32,000 nt of DNA, taken from NCBI GenBank assembly GCA_028279745.1, contig JANQNC010000001.1:840001-872000 (forward strand). The letters run 5' to 3'. Shown piece by piece: positions 14,800 through 22,788 of this stretch (its first letter is position 1; the number at the start of each line of letters is the position of its first letter). The stretch is from Candidatus Nanoarchaeia archaeon. GTDB taxonomy: Archaea; Nanobdellota; Nanobdellia; Woesearchaeales; JANQNC01. A program made the position numbers and the translations under genes. The notes under the pieces are model-generated. The model searched no databases and had not been told where the DNA came from. It saw only the letters and a program-made list of their open reading frames with translations.

Positions 14800-15120
14800 T
14801 TATATTAGGTTCTTGAAGAAGATTAAGTAGTACAATACATATATTATTATGAATAAAACAATGAATGACAACCATTTACCAACAAAACCTGCTTCTCTAA
14901 TCTTGAAAAGTCTATAGATTGAATGTAAAATGTGTTTGATATGAGGCTTAATGAATTCAGTAACTGTAATGAAAGCTATCCCTATAGAGAGCATTACAAG
15001 AATGATCTTTATGTGTAAAGGGTTATTAGAACGCATTATGATTCGTATGACAATTTCTTCTACTAATCCTAATACTAAGAAAGTAGCTATCAAGAACATG
15101 TAAGATTGAAGTTTACCCAT
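14800..15120 (-). CDS. Small hypothetical membrane protein (~3 TM helices)
   Basis: The 106-aa ORF has hydrophobic segments (FLIATFLVLGLV, IILVMLSIGIAFITV, LSFIVLFIIIYVLYYLIFF). A TATA-like CATTTAAATA at 15141-15150 lies ~25 nt upstream on the minus strand. Confidence 0.45.
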   Translation of the reverse strand: MGKLQSYMFLIATFLVLGLVEEIVIRIIMRSNNPLHIKIILVMLSIGIAFITVTEFIKPHIKHILHSIYRLFKIREAGFVGKWLSFIVLFIIIYVLYYLIFFKNLI

Positions 15121-15167
15121 GCGGACATTTGAGGGAGATCCATTTAAATAGGTTTTGGAGACAAATC

Positions 15168-15177
15168 TTTATAAAAA
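15168..15177 (+). promoter_or_regulatory. TATA box (TTTATAAAAA) for the translin gene
   Basis: The box is centred ~27 nt upstream of ATG 15200. This favours 15200 over the TTG at 15155 used by the ORF track. Confidence 0.4.
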
Positions 15178-15199
15178 ACCACTCATTCTTTGGCTTAAA

Positions 15200-15772
15200 A
15201 TGATAAACAAAGACAAATTTACAAAAATCAAAGGAGAACTTGAAAAATACGATAAAGAAAGAGAATCAATAATCCTAAAGACAAGAGAGATAATAACACT
15301 ATCAAAACAAATCATCTATGGACTACACAGAAAAGAAAATGTTGACGAGTTAGTTGAAGAAATCAAAAAAGAAATTTCTAATCTAAAAGATTTAGCAAAA
15401 GACCCCGCATCAGAATATACAGGATCATATAAATCAGCAATGCAAGAATATGTAGAAGCATTAGCATTCTATCAGTATGTGAAAGATGGAAGCTTACTTG
15501 AGCATGAAGAACTAGATATTTTACCAGAACATTACTTACTTGGACTGTGTGACTTAACAGGAGAGTTAGTAAGGAATGGAGTTAATGCAAGCATAGAAGA
15601 AGAATATGAAAAAACTGCAAAGATAAAAGATTTTGTAAGTGAATTGTATGGTGTGTTGTTACAGTTCAACTTCAGAAATGGAGAGCTAAGAAAAAAATTC
15701 GATGGGATCAAATGGGATCTAAAAAAATTAGAAGACATGGTTTTTGACTTAAAACTAAAAGGTAAGATCTAA
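15200..15772 (+). CDS. Translin-family protein
   Basis: The protein is all-helical with translin-like motifs: EHYLLGLCDLTGELVRNGVNA (Y..G..D..GEL.R) and the C-terminal LRKKFDGIKWDLKKLEDMVFDL. Confidence 0.7.
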   Translation: MINKDKFTKIKGELEKYDKERESIILKTREIITLSKQIIYGLHRKENVDELVEEIKKEISNLKDLAKDPASEYTGSYKSAMQEYVEALAFYQYVKDGSLLEHEELDILPEHYLLGLCDLTGELVRNGVNASIEEEYEKTAKIKDFVSELYGVLLQFNFRNGELRKKFDGIKWDLKKLEDMVFDLKLKGKI

Positions 15773-15773
15773 A

Positions 15774-16307
15774 ATGGAAATAACAAAAGCAAAAAAAGAA
15801 GAATTATCAGGACTAGTAAGAGTATACAAAGAAGGATTTGCGGAACATAATATCTTTAAGCAATCATACGATAAAGTAGTCGAATACTTGGAGATTACGC
15901 AAGAGAGAGATGAGGAAACTGGCGGAGGATATTTAATCGCAAGGGCAGAAGAACACTTACCAGGATCAACACAGTTTGACTCTGAAATCGTAGGAGGATT
16001 ATTGATTTCTAAAGTTGGAGAAGGAAGCGATGGTCATACAAGATGGAGATACAAACATATTGCAGTAGCAAAAGAACAGAGAGGAAAAGGTATAGGTAAA
16101 GCACTAATCCAAAAAGCAGATGAGATGGTGCAACAGATGATCAAAGAAGGAAAAATAAAAACTGCAAGAGTAGAAGTAAGAGCTGCAGAAGGAGAAAAAG
16201 AGTCAATACCTTTCTATGAGAAATCAGGATTTAAGCTAGAATCAACAACAGAACATTATTACCGAGCAAACGAACCAATGTACACATTGATGAAATTCTT
16301 CTCATAA
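15774..16307 (+). CDS. GNAT-family N-acetyltransferase
   Basis: The acetyl-CoA binding motif is IAVAKEQRGKGIGKALIQKA (Q/R-x-x-G-x-G/A), and FYEKSGFK is present. The start lies 1 nt after the translin stop. Confidence 0.8.
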   Translation: MEITKAKKEELSGLVRVYKEGFAEHNIFKQSYDKVVEYLEITQERDEETGGGYLIARAEEHLPGSTQFDSEIVGGLLISKVGEGSDGHTRWRYKHIAVAKEQRGKGIGKALIQKADEMVQQMIKEGKIKTARVEVRAAEGEKESIPFYEKSGFKLESTTEHYYRANEPMYTLMKFFS

Positions 16308-16308
16308 G

Positions 16309-17424
16309 ATGCTTGAAATAAAACAGGAAGATGGAGAAGCAAGAACAGGAGTTCTAAAACTAAACTCGGGAAAAGTCAAAACACCTTTCTTTATGCCAGT
16401 AGGAACAAAAGGTGGTGTGAAAAATTTAACACCCGAACAACTTGAAGATACAGGAACTGAGTGTTTGATCTCAAACGCATTTATTCTTTCTTTAAGACCG
16501 GGGGTTAAGTCAATTGCAGATCATGGCGGGTTGCATGAGTTTATGAAATGGAAAAAAGGGATCTTCACAGATAGTGGCGGATTTCAAATATTGAGTAAAG
16601 ATTTCTTGATCAAAAAAAGTGAGAAAGGAGTTTACTTCAAAAACCCATATGGTGGAGATAAATCAATGTTCACACCAGAAGATTCTATTAAAATTCAGAA
16701 TTTGATCGGGAGTGATGTAGCAATGTGTCTAGACGATGTACCTCATTATGGAAAAAGTGAGAAGTACATGTTGGATACGTTGAATAGAACAACAGACTGG
16801 GCTTTGCGGTGTAAAGAAGCACACGCAAATGAAAAACAACTGTTGTTTGGGATCGGGCAAGGAGGAATATTTCCTGAGCTAAGAAAGAAAAGTGCACAAC
16901 AACTAAACAAGATAGGATTTGATGGATATGCCTTAGGTGGGTTATGCATAGGAGAATCAAAAAAAGAACTGTTCAATTCAATAGCTGCTCAAGTTAAACA
17001 TTTTGACAAAGACAAACCAAAATATGTGATGGGAATGGGAAGTCCTGATGATATAGTAGAAGCAGTTTCTTTAGGAGCAGACTGTTTTGACAGCATATAT
17101 CCTACTAAAAATGCGAGACACGGAAGCTTATTCACAAAAGAAGGAACACTAAAGATGAAATCCAGAAAGTATAATGGAGATACTTCACCGATAGAAGAAG
17201 GATGCAAATGTTATGCTTGTAAGAACTACAGTAAAGGTTTTGTGCATCACATGTTGATAGTACATGAACAGATAGGGAAAACACTAGCAGCAATCCATAA
17301 CTTAACGTTTATGCAGAATTTTATGGAAGAGATTAGGGAAGCAATCAGGAATAACACATTTGATGAGTTTAAGAAAGAATTCTTAGCTAACTTTAATGTT
17401 GAAAATAAAGTTAATAACAGATAA
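16309..17424 (+). CDS. tgt: tRNA-guanine transglycosylase, catalytic TIM-barrel only with no C-terminal PUA-type extension
   Basis: Motifs are TPFFMPVGT, FTDSGGFQ, GYALGGLCIGE and MGMGSPDD, plus the Zn site CKCYACKNYSKGFVHH. At 371 aa with a C-terminal HNL.F...FM..IR.AI helix, it is collinear with bacterial Tgt. Confidence 0.9.
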   Translation: MLEIKQEDGEARTGVLKLNSGKVKTPFFMPVGTKGGVKNLTPEQLEDTGTECLISNAFILSLRPGVKSIADHGGLHEFMKWKKGIFTDSGGFQILSKDFLIKKSEKGVYFKNPYGGDKSMFTPEDSIKIQNLIGSDVAMCLDDVPHYGKSEKYMLDTLNRTTDWALRCKEAHANEKQLLFGIGQGGIFPELRKKSAQQLNKIGFDGYALGGLCIGESKKELFNSIAAQVKHFDKDKPKYVMGMGSPDDIVEAVSLGADCFDSIYPTKNARHGSLFTKEGTLKMKSRKYNGDTSPIEEGCKCYACKNYSKGFVHHMLIVHEQIGKTLAAIHNLTFMQNFMEEIREAIRNNTFDEFKKEFLANFNVENKVNNR

Positions 17425-17426
17425 GA

Positions 17427-18329
17427 TTATCTCTTTTTTAGAAATACAAATCCAAGTACAGCAACAGCAATAACACCTATAATTGCGCTTGTATTGAACT
17501 CAGGAATCTCTTCTCCAGGAAAGCTTTCAGAAACACATAGACACTCGTTTGTGCAAATGTAACCAGGGTCACAAGTTTGTTCAGTGTCGCAGTCTTCTCC
17601 AGGATCTATGTCTTCATTACCACAGATAGGCATGCAATCAAATCCGTCACAAAACTCATCAGGTTCACAGTCGTTATCATCTAAACATTCTTCAGTGAAC
17701 TCACAAATACATTCGTTTGTGCAAGTATATCCAGGATCACAAGTTTGTTCAGTGTCGCAGTCTTCTCCAGGATCTATGTCTTCATTGCCACAGGTAGGGA
17801 GACAATCTCCACCATCGCAAAAATACCCTTCATTGCAACCAACTTGGTAAGGGAAGATAGGATTTGGAATTTCGCCACATTCAGGACCAACTCTGCCACA
17901 TCCATGCACGCCGTTAATTTCTGCGCAAACACCTTCATCAAGGTATTGGTCATCACCTTCACAATAATAAAAATCATATGTTGAACAGTTTTCTTTTAGG
18001 TAAGCACCAACACCTCCTGCAATGCTAGACTGAACTACACATTCACCTTCAACACAGATGTTAGGGATAGCCCATACTTCTGGACTGTCAGGGTTACAAG
18101 TTCCACCACCGCACTGGGTTCTTTCAGTGTTAAGAAACGGGCCACCTACACAAAACATGCCTTCGCCGCTAGAAACATTAACAACAACATCAGTATATTC
18201 GCACTGACCTTCATTACAAACTTCAGTAGTACATTCATTCTCATCTTGACAGTGTGCATCAATTTCACAAAAAGCAAAAACTGCAGAAGATGCAAAAAGA
18301 ATTGTTAATAATAACATGATTGGTCTCAT
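17427..18329 (-). CDS. Secreted Cys-rich repeat protein with a PEF-CTERM-type sorting signal
   Basis: The signal peptide is MRPIMLLLTILFASSAVFA. Cys density is very high, with CGNEDIDPGEDCD units. The C-terminus EEIPEFNTSAIIGVIAVAVLGFVFLKKR combines a PEF motif, a TM helix and a basic tail. Confidence 0.75.
   Translation of the reverse strand: MRPIMLLLTILFASSAVFAFCEIDAHCQDENECTTEVCNEGQCEYTDVVVNVSSGEGMFCVGGPFLNTERTQCGGGTCNPDSPEVWAIPNICVEGECVVQSSIAGGVGAYLKENCSTYDFYYCEGDDQYLDEGVCAEINGVHGCGRVGPECGEIPNPIFPYQVGCNEGYFCDGGDCLPTCGNEDIDPGEDCDTEQTCDPGYTCTNECICEFTEECLDDNDCEPDEFCDGFDCMPICGNEDIDPGEDCDTEQTCDPGYICTNECLCVSESFPGEEIPEFNTSAIIGVIAVAVLGFVFLKKR
17545..17798. repeat. Intragenic direct duplication with a 168-bp period (units 17545-17630 and 17713-17798)
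   Basis: The units are ~86 bp and nearly identical. A 50-bp exact match, TCACAAGTTTGTTCAGTGTCGCAGTCTTCTCCAGGATCTATGTCTTCATT, occurs at 17569-17618 and 17737-17786. It encodes CGNEDIDPGEDCDTEQTCDPGY(T/I)CTNEC twice. Confidence 0.9.
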
Positions 18330-18393
18330 GGGGAGATTATTGGGTTAGGATGTATAAAAATCTTCTGTTTTATTATACTATACTAACAGATAA

Positions 18394-18403
18394 GTTTAAA
18401 AAA
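18394..18403 (+). promoter_or_regulatory. TATA-like box (GTTTAAAAAA) for aspS
   Basis: The box is centred ~30 nt upstream of ATG 18429. Confidence 0.35.
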
Positions 18404-18428
18404 AGACAAATAAGAAGGGTGTGTGAAA

Positions 18429-20219
18429 ATGAAAAGAAGAACACATACATGCGGAGAATTAACAAAAGACGAGATAGACAACGAAATAACCCTAAATGGA
18501 TGGGTTGCAACAAATAGGGATCATGGCGGAGTAATATTCATAGATCTAAGAGACAGATATGGGATAACTCAAATAGTCATAAATCCAGAAGATAAAGAAC
18601 TATTCAAAATAGCTGAGTCACTAAGAAGAGAAGACGTAATCTCAGCAATAGGAAAAGTAAGAGCAAGGCCTGAAGGGATGGCAAACAAAAACATATCTTC
18701 TGGAGAAGTAGAAATAGTTGTTTCAGAGATAGAAATTCTAAACAAATCATTAACACCACCAATAGAAGTTGATGACAATATAGAAGCAAACGAAGAACTA
18801 AGATTACAGTACAGATTCATAGACCTAAGAAGACCAGTAATGCAGGAAAGACTGATAAAAAGACACAAAGCAGCAATGGCAGCAAGAAAGTCATTATCAG
18901 ACGAAGGATTCCTAGAAATAGAAACACCATTACTAGTAAAAGCAACACCAGAAGGGGCAAGAGATTATACTGTGCCATCAAGGGTGCACCCAGGAAGTTT
19001 TTATGCATTACCACAATCACCACAGTTATACAAGCAACTGTTAATGGTTGCAGGTTTTGACAAGTATTTCCAACTACCAAGATGTCTAAGAGATGAAGAT
19101 CTGAGGGCAGACAGACAGCCCGAGTTCACACAGATAGACATTGAGATGAGTTTCCCAACACAAGATGAAATATTCAGAGTGGGGGAAAAGCTGGTTAAGG
19201 ATATTTTCAAAGAAACAATCGGAATGGATGTAGAAACACCATTCCCAAGACTTCCTTATGCAGAATCAATGGCAAGATTTGGGAATGATAAACCAGACCT
19301 AAGATTTGGTCTTGAGTTGACTGAAGTAACAGACATAGTAGTTAAGTCAGACTTTGGAGTTTTCAAAGATGTTAAAGAAAACGGTGGGATTGTTAAGTGT
19401 ATAAACCCTGAAAAAGAGCTAGGAAGAAAAGAAATAGACAACTATATCAAACACTGTCAAGAATTTGGAGCAAAAGGGATGGCATGGATGAGAGTAACAG
19501 AGAATGGGTTGGAGAGCAATATAGCAAAATATTTCCCAGAAGATGTGCAGAAAGAATTGATAGATGCGACAGAAGCAAAACCTGGAAGTATATTGATGTT
19601 CATAGCAGACAAACCGAAAAAATGCAACGATGTAATATCAAGACTTAGGCTAAAATTAGGAGAAGATCTTGAGCTATATGATAAAAAAGATTTCAAACTA
19701 TGTTGGATAGTTGACTTCCCACTATTCGAGTTTAACGAGGATGAAGACAGATGGGAGCCAGCGCATCACATGTTTACAATGCCAAAAGAAGAATGTCTGC
19801 AGTACATAGAAGACGCACCAGAAAAAGTATTTGCGACATGTTATGATATGGTATTGAATGGAGTAGAACTTGCTTCAGGATCAATAAGGGTGCATGATCC
19901 AGAAATACAAGAAAGGATAATGAAAAGAGTGGGATTCCCAAAAGAAAAAGCAGAAGAAAGATTTGGATTTTTATTGAATGCATTCAAGTATGGAGCACCG
20001 CCGCATGGTGGATTTGCAATAGGGTTTGATAGGCTAGTCGCAATGATGAACTATACAAACGACATCAGAGAAGTGATAGCATACCCTAAGAACAAAAGCG
20101 CGATAAACCCAATGGATGGATGCCCAACACCTGCAGATGATGAAATGCTGAAAGAACTAAAAATAAAATTAGACAAGGTGGAAAAAAATGAAAAAAAAGA
20201 GGATGAAAAAACCGAGTAA
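18429..20219 (+). CDS. aspS: Aspartyl-tRNA synthetase with bacterial-type architecture (insertion domain present)
   Basis: The protein is collinear with E. coli AspRS along its full length. Matching segments include TPEGARDYTVPSRVHPGSFYALPQSPQLYKQLLMVAGFDKYFQ, CLRDEDLRADRQPEFTQIDIEMSF and GFAIGFDRLVAMM. At ~597 aa it includes the bacterial insertion domain. I start it at ATG 18429 rather than GTG 18423. Confidence 0.95.
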   Translation: MKRRTHTCGELTKDEIDNEITLNGWVATNRDHGGVIFIDLRDRYGITQIVINPEDKELFKIAESLRREDVISAIGKVRARPEGMANKNISSGEVEIVVSEIEILNKSLTPPIEVDDNIEANEELRLQYRFIDLRRPVMQERLIKRHKAAMAARKSLSDEGFLEIETPLLVKATPEGARDYTVPSRVHPGSFYALPQSPQLYKQLLMVAGFDKYFQLPRCLRDEDLRADRQPEFTQIDIEMSFPTQDEIFRVGEKLVKDIFKETIGMDVETPFPRLPYAESMARFGNDKPDLRFGLELTEVTDIVVKSDFGVFKDVKENGGIVKCINPEKELGRKEIDNYIKHCQEFGAKGMAWMRVTENGLESNIAKYFPEDVQKELIDATEAKPGSILMFIADKPKKCNDVISRLRLKLGEDLELYDKKDFKLCWIVDFPLFEFNEDEDRWEPAHHMFTMPKEECLQYIEDAPEKVFATCYDMVLNGVELASGSIRVHDPEIQERIMKRVGFPKEKAEERFGFLLNAFKYGAPPHGGFAIGFDRLVAMMNYTNDIREVIAYPKNKSAINPMDGCPTPADDEMLKELKIKLDKVEKNEKKEDEKTE

Positions 20220-20685
20220 AGGCGCAGTACTTGTAATGCTGGCAGCAATACTAATAATGGCAATAGTGGTGTCATTGTGGGGATTAGGAAGAGTTTACTT
20301 TGAAGAACCACAAGACATAGGATTAGTCCAACAAGAAGCAAGGCAAGATGCAGGAGCGCAAATAAGCTGCTCATCAACAAACCTGGGATTTAAGATACTG
20401 TCTGCAGAATATGTCGGAAGAGATATAGAAGTGCTATTAGAAAATCAAGGTTCACAAACATTAGATAGAATACAGGTGACCCTTAAAGGAGAAGAGGAAG
20501 AGGAAACATTAACAATAGCGCAAGAGATACCTGGATTTGCATTAAAGACAGTACACATAACGCCAAATCCAATCATCGGATCTGTAAGAGACATATCAAT
20601 GATGCCTGTACTGACAGCGGGAACAGTGAAAGTTCCATGCACAAACAAAGAAAGAACAAAAGAAGTTCCGCCAGTACCTAGATAA
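20188..20685 (+). CDS. Small N-terminally anchored protein, possibly with a class III (prepilin-like) signal
   Basis: AGGTGG lies 6-7 nt upstream of the ATG. The N-terminus is MKKKRMKKPSKG/AVLVMLAAILIMAIVVSL: a basic region, then K-G, then a hydrophobic helix. A beta-rich ~130-aa domain follows (DIEVLLENQGSQTLDRIQVTL). The start lies inside the aspS 3' end, in the +1 frame. Confidence 0.55.
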   Translation: MKKKRMKKPSKGAVLVMLAAILIMAIVVSLWGLGRVYFEEPQDIGLVQQEARQDAGAQISCSSTNLGFKILSAEYVGRDIEVLLENQGSQTLDRIQVTLKGEEEEETLTIAQEIPGFALKTVHITPNPIIGSVRDISMMPVLTAGTVKVPCTNKERTKEVPPVPR

Positions 20686-21331
20686 ACTTTAAAATTTCTT
20701 TTAAATTTTTATTTTCTATAACAACATCAGCTTTAGCTTTTAGTTCATCGTCTTTAGGAGCAATTGCAATAAACAAACCAACGTTTCCTATTATGCCTAA
20801 ATCATTCTTACTATCTCCTACAAAAATAACATCATCAGTAAGAATGTTCTCTTCTTTACAGATGTGTTTGACACCGTCAACTTTAGTTTCCATATCAAAA
20901 GGAGTCCCAACACCCTCTATAATGTCCCCTTTCTCATCAAAAACAATCTTATTAATGAAAACATGATCAAAAAAATCCTTGTAGTTAGGAATTAACTTTT
21001 CAAGAAGAAAATCAACACTCCCAGAAACCAAACAGATAATCTTAATACCTCTATTCTTTAATTCAGTTAGTGTTTCTATAGCATTAGGCATAAGATGAAT
21101 ATCTTTAATACATCCAAGTAACATTTCCTTATTAGCGTCTTTACTTTTCCATAACTCAATATCATGATCAACCCAATCCTGATAAGAAAACCTTTTTTCA
21201 GCAAAATCCTTATGAGCTTTTTTTATGATGTCTGGGTCAATCTTCAGACATCTGTGGATGGTTTGCCAAGAATACTCTTTAGAATCGGTCAAAGTTCCAT
21301 CAAAGTCGAATATAACTGCTTTATATCTCAT
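20678..21331 (-). CDS. HAD-superfamily phosphatase (phosphoserine-phosphatase-like)
   Basis: It has HAD motif I (VIFDFDGTLT), motif II (LVSGS) and motif IV (VGDSKND). Confidence 0.8.
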   Translation of the reverse strand: MRYKAVIFDFDGTLTDSKEYSWQTIHRCLKIDPDIIKKAHKDFAEKRFSYQDWVDHDIELWKSKDANKEMLLGCIKDIHLMPNAIETLTELKNRGIKIICLVSGSVDFLLEKLIPNYKDFFDHVFINKIVFDEKGDIIEGVGTPFDMETKVDGVKHICKEENILTDDVIFVGDSKNDLGIIGNVGLFIAIAPKDDELKAKADVVIENKNLKEILKFI

Positions 21332-21377
21332 AAGTTATGTTAGGAGTTTATCATTTAAATAATTTTCAACAAAAACC

Positions 21378-21385
21378 TTATAAAA
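21378..21385 (+). promoter_or_regulatory. TATA box (TTATAAAA) for gatB
   Basis: The box is centred ~26 nt upstream of ATG 21407, consistent with a leaderless transcript. Confidence 0.4.
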
Positions 21386-21406
21386 TGTGGAGTAAACGCT
21401 AGTGAT

Positions 21407-22786
21407 ATGGTAGAAGTCAAAATAGGACTAGAGGTACATGGTTACTTAGATATGATTGACACAGGCAGGAAACTATTTTGTGATTGTGAAATAGATGAAG
21501 AAGCTTCACCTAATTCTAATATCTGTCCAGTATGTACTGGGCAGCCTGGTAGTAAACCTATGCTGCCAAACCAAGAAGCAATCAAGAAAATCATTGCAAT
21601 CGCTAAAATGCTAAACTGCAGAATAAATTCAGACTTATTATTTCAAAGAAAACACTACGACTGGCCAGACATGCCAACAGGATATCAGAGAACAATGAGT
21701 GGCAGTTTTGCAGTACCTGTAGGGGAAGAAGGAGAGTTTGAAGGAATAAGAATAAATGAAATTCACTTAGAAGAAGATCCAGCAGCATGGGATCCAGTAA
21801 CTGGAAAAGTTGACTACAATAGGGCAGGACATCCATTAGTTGAGATTGTAACAGAACCAGACTTTACATCATCACAACAAGTTAGAGAATGGTTAAAAAA
21901 ATTAGTTACAACCTTAGGTTATGTTAAAGCAGTAAATGCAAACGCAGGAATAAAATCAGATGTTAACGTTAGTATAGGGCCTGCATTTGATAGAGTAGAA
22001 GTTAAAAATGTTAATTCCATCAAATCGATAGCAAAAGCAGCAGAGTACGAAATTGCTAGGCAGGAGAAGGAGACTTCTGAAGGGAAGAAGATAGAACAAC
22101 AAACTAGAAGATGGGACGATGGAACTGGTGAAACACAATTCATGAGAAGTAAAGAACAGGCACAAGATTACATGTTTATACCAGAACCAGATCTACCCAT
22201 AATTGAGATCACTGAAGATTATGTTAAAGAGATAGAAGAAGGATTACCACAAAAACCCCAGGAGAAGATTGAGAAATTTACTTCTCGAGGAGTTGAGTTA
22301 GAGGACGCAGAGGTATTAGCATCTGAATTAATGTTAGCAGAACTGTTTGAAAAAGTGGCAGTAGAGATAGATCCGAAGTTAGCAGCTAAATGGTTGAGAC
22401 GGGAGTTGCTTAGAGTTCTGAATTATAACAAAAAATCATTAGAGGAAGTTAAGATAGATGAGAAACACATTATTGAGCTGTTAATTATGTTAGAGAAGAA
22501 AGAGATTTCTGACAAAGTAGCAAGAACCATAATGGAAAAACTGATGGAAGAAACATTCAGCCCGGTAGATTATGTTAAGCAAGAAGGGCTTTCTATGGTT
22601 TCAGATAAAGGGGAATTGGAAAAGATTTGTAAAGAAGTGATTAAGAATAATCCTGATGCTGTTAATGATGTCAAAAATGGCAATGAAAAATCAGTAAATT
22701 TCTTAGTCGGACAGGTAATGAGACAAACCAAAGGTAAATCAAATCCAACAGAAGTTGGGAAATTGATGAAAGAGTTGATTGAGTGA
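21407..22786 (+). CDS. gatB: Asp/Glu-tRNA amidotransferase subunit B
   Basis: Matching segments are KIGLEVHGYLD..KLFCDC...CPVCTGQPGSKPMLPNQEA, IHLEEDPA and the C-terminal VNFLVGQVMRQTKGKSNP (YqeY-like tail). The 459-aa length fits GatB rather than GatE. Confidence 0.9.
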   Translation: MVEVKIGLEVHGYLDMIDTGRKLFCDCEIDEEASPNSNICPVCTGQPGSKPMLPNQEAIKKIIAIAKMLNCRINSDLLFQRKHYDWPDMPTGYQRTMSGSFAVPVGEEGEFEGIRINEIHLEEDPAAWDPVTGKVDYNRAGHPLVEIVTEPDFTSSQQVREWLKKLVTTLGYVKAVNANAGIKSDVNVSIGPAFDRVEVKNVNSIKSIAKAAEYEIARQEKETSEGKKIEQQTRRWDDGTGETQFMRSKEQAQDYMFIPEPDLPIIEITEDYVKEIEEGLPQKPQEKIEKFTSRGVELEDAEVLASELMLAELFEKVAVEIDPKLAAKWLRRELLRVLNYNKKSLEEVKIDEKHIIELLIMLEKKEISDKVARTIMEKLMEETFSPVDYVKQEGLSMVSDKGELEKICKEVIKNNPDAVNDVKNGNEKSVNFLVGQVMRQTKGKSNPTEVGKLMKELIE

Positions 22787-22788
22787 TC

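Noticed and set aside
17584-17984. Plus-strand S/Q-rich ORFs (17584-17850, 17745-17984) opposite the Cys-rich PEF-CTERM gene
   Set aside because: Their internal repetition only mirrors the 168-bp duplication of the minus-strand gene. The minus-strand product has a signal peptide, a Cys pattern and a sorting signal, so it is the real gene.
18569-20380. A chain of 61-109-aa minus-strand ORFs inside aspS
   Set aside because: They are antisense shadows of a full-length, motif-perfect AspRS, with low-complexity L/S/F composition.
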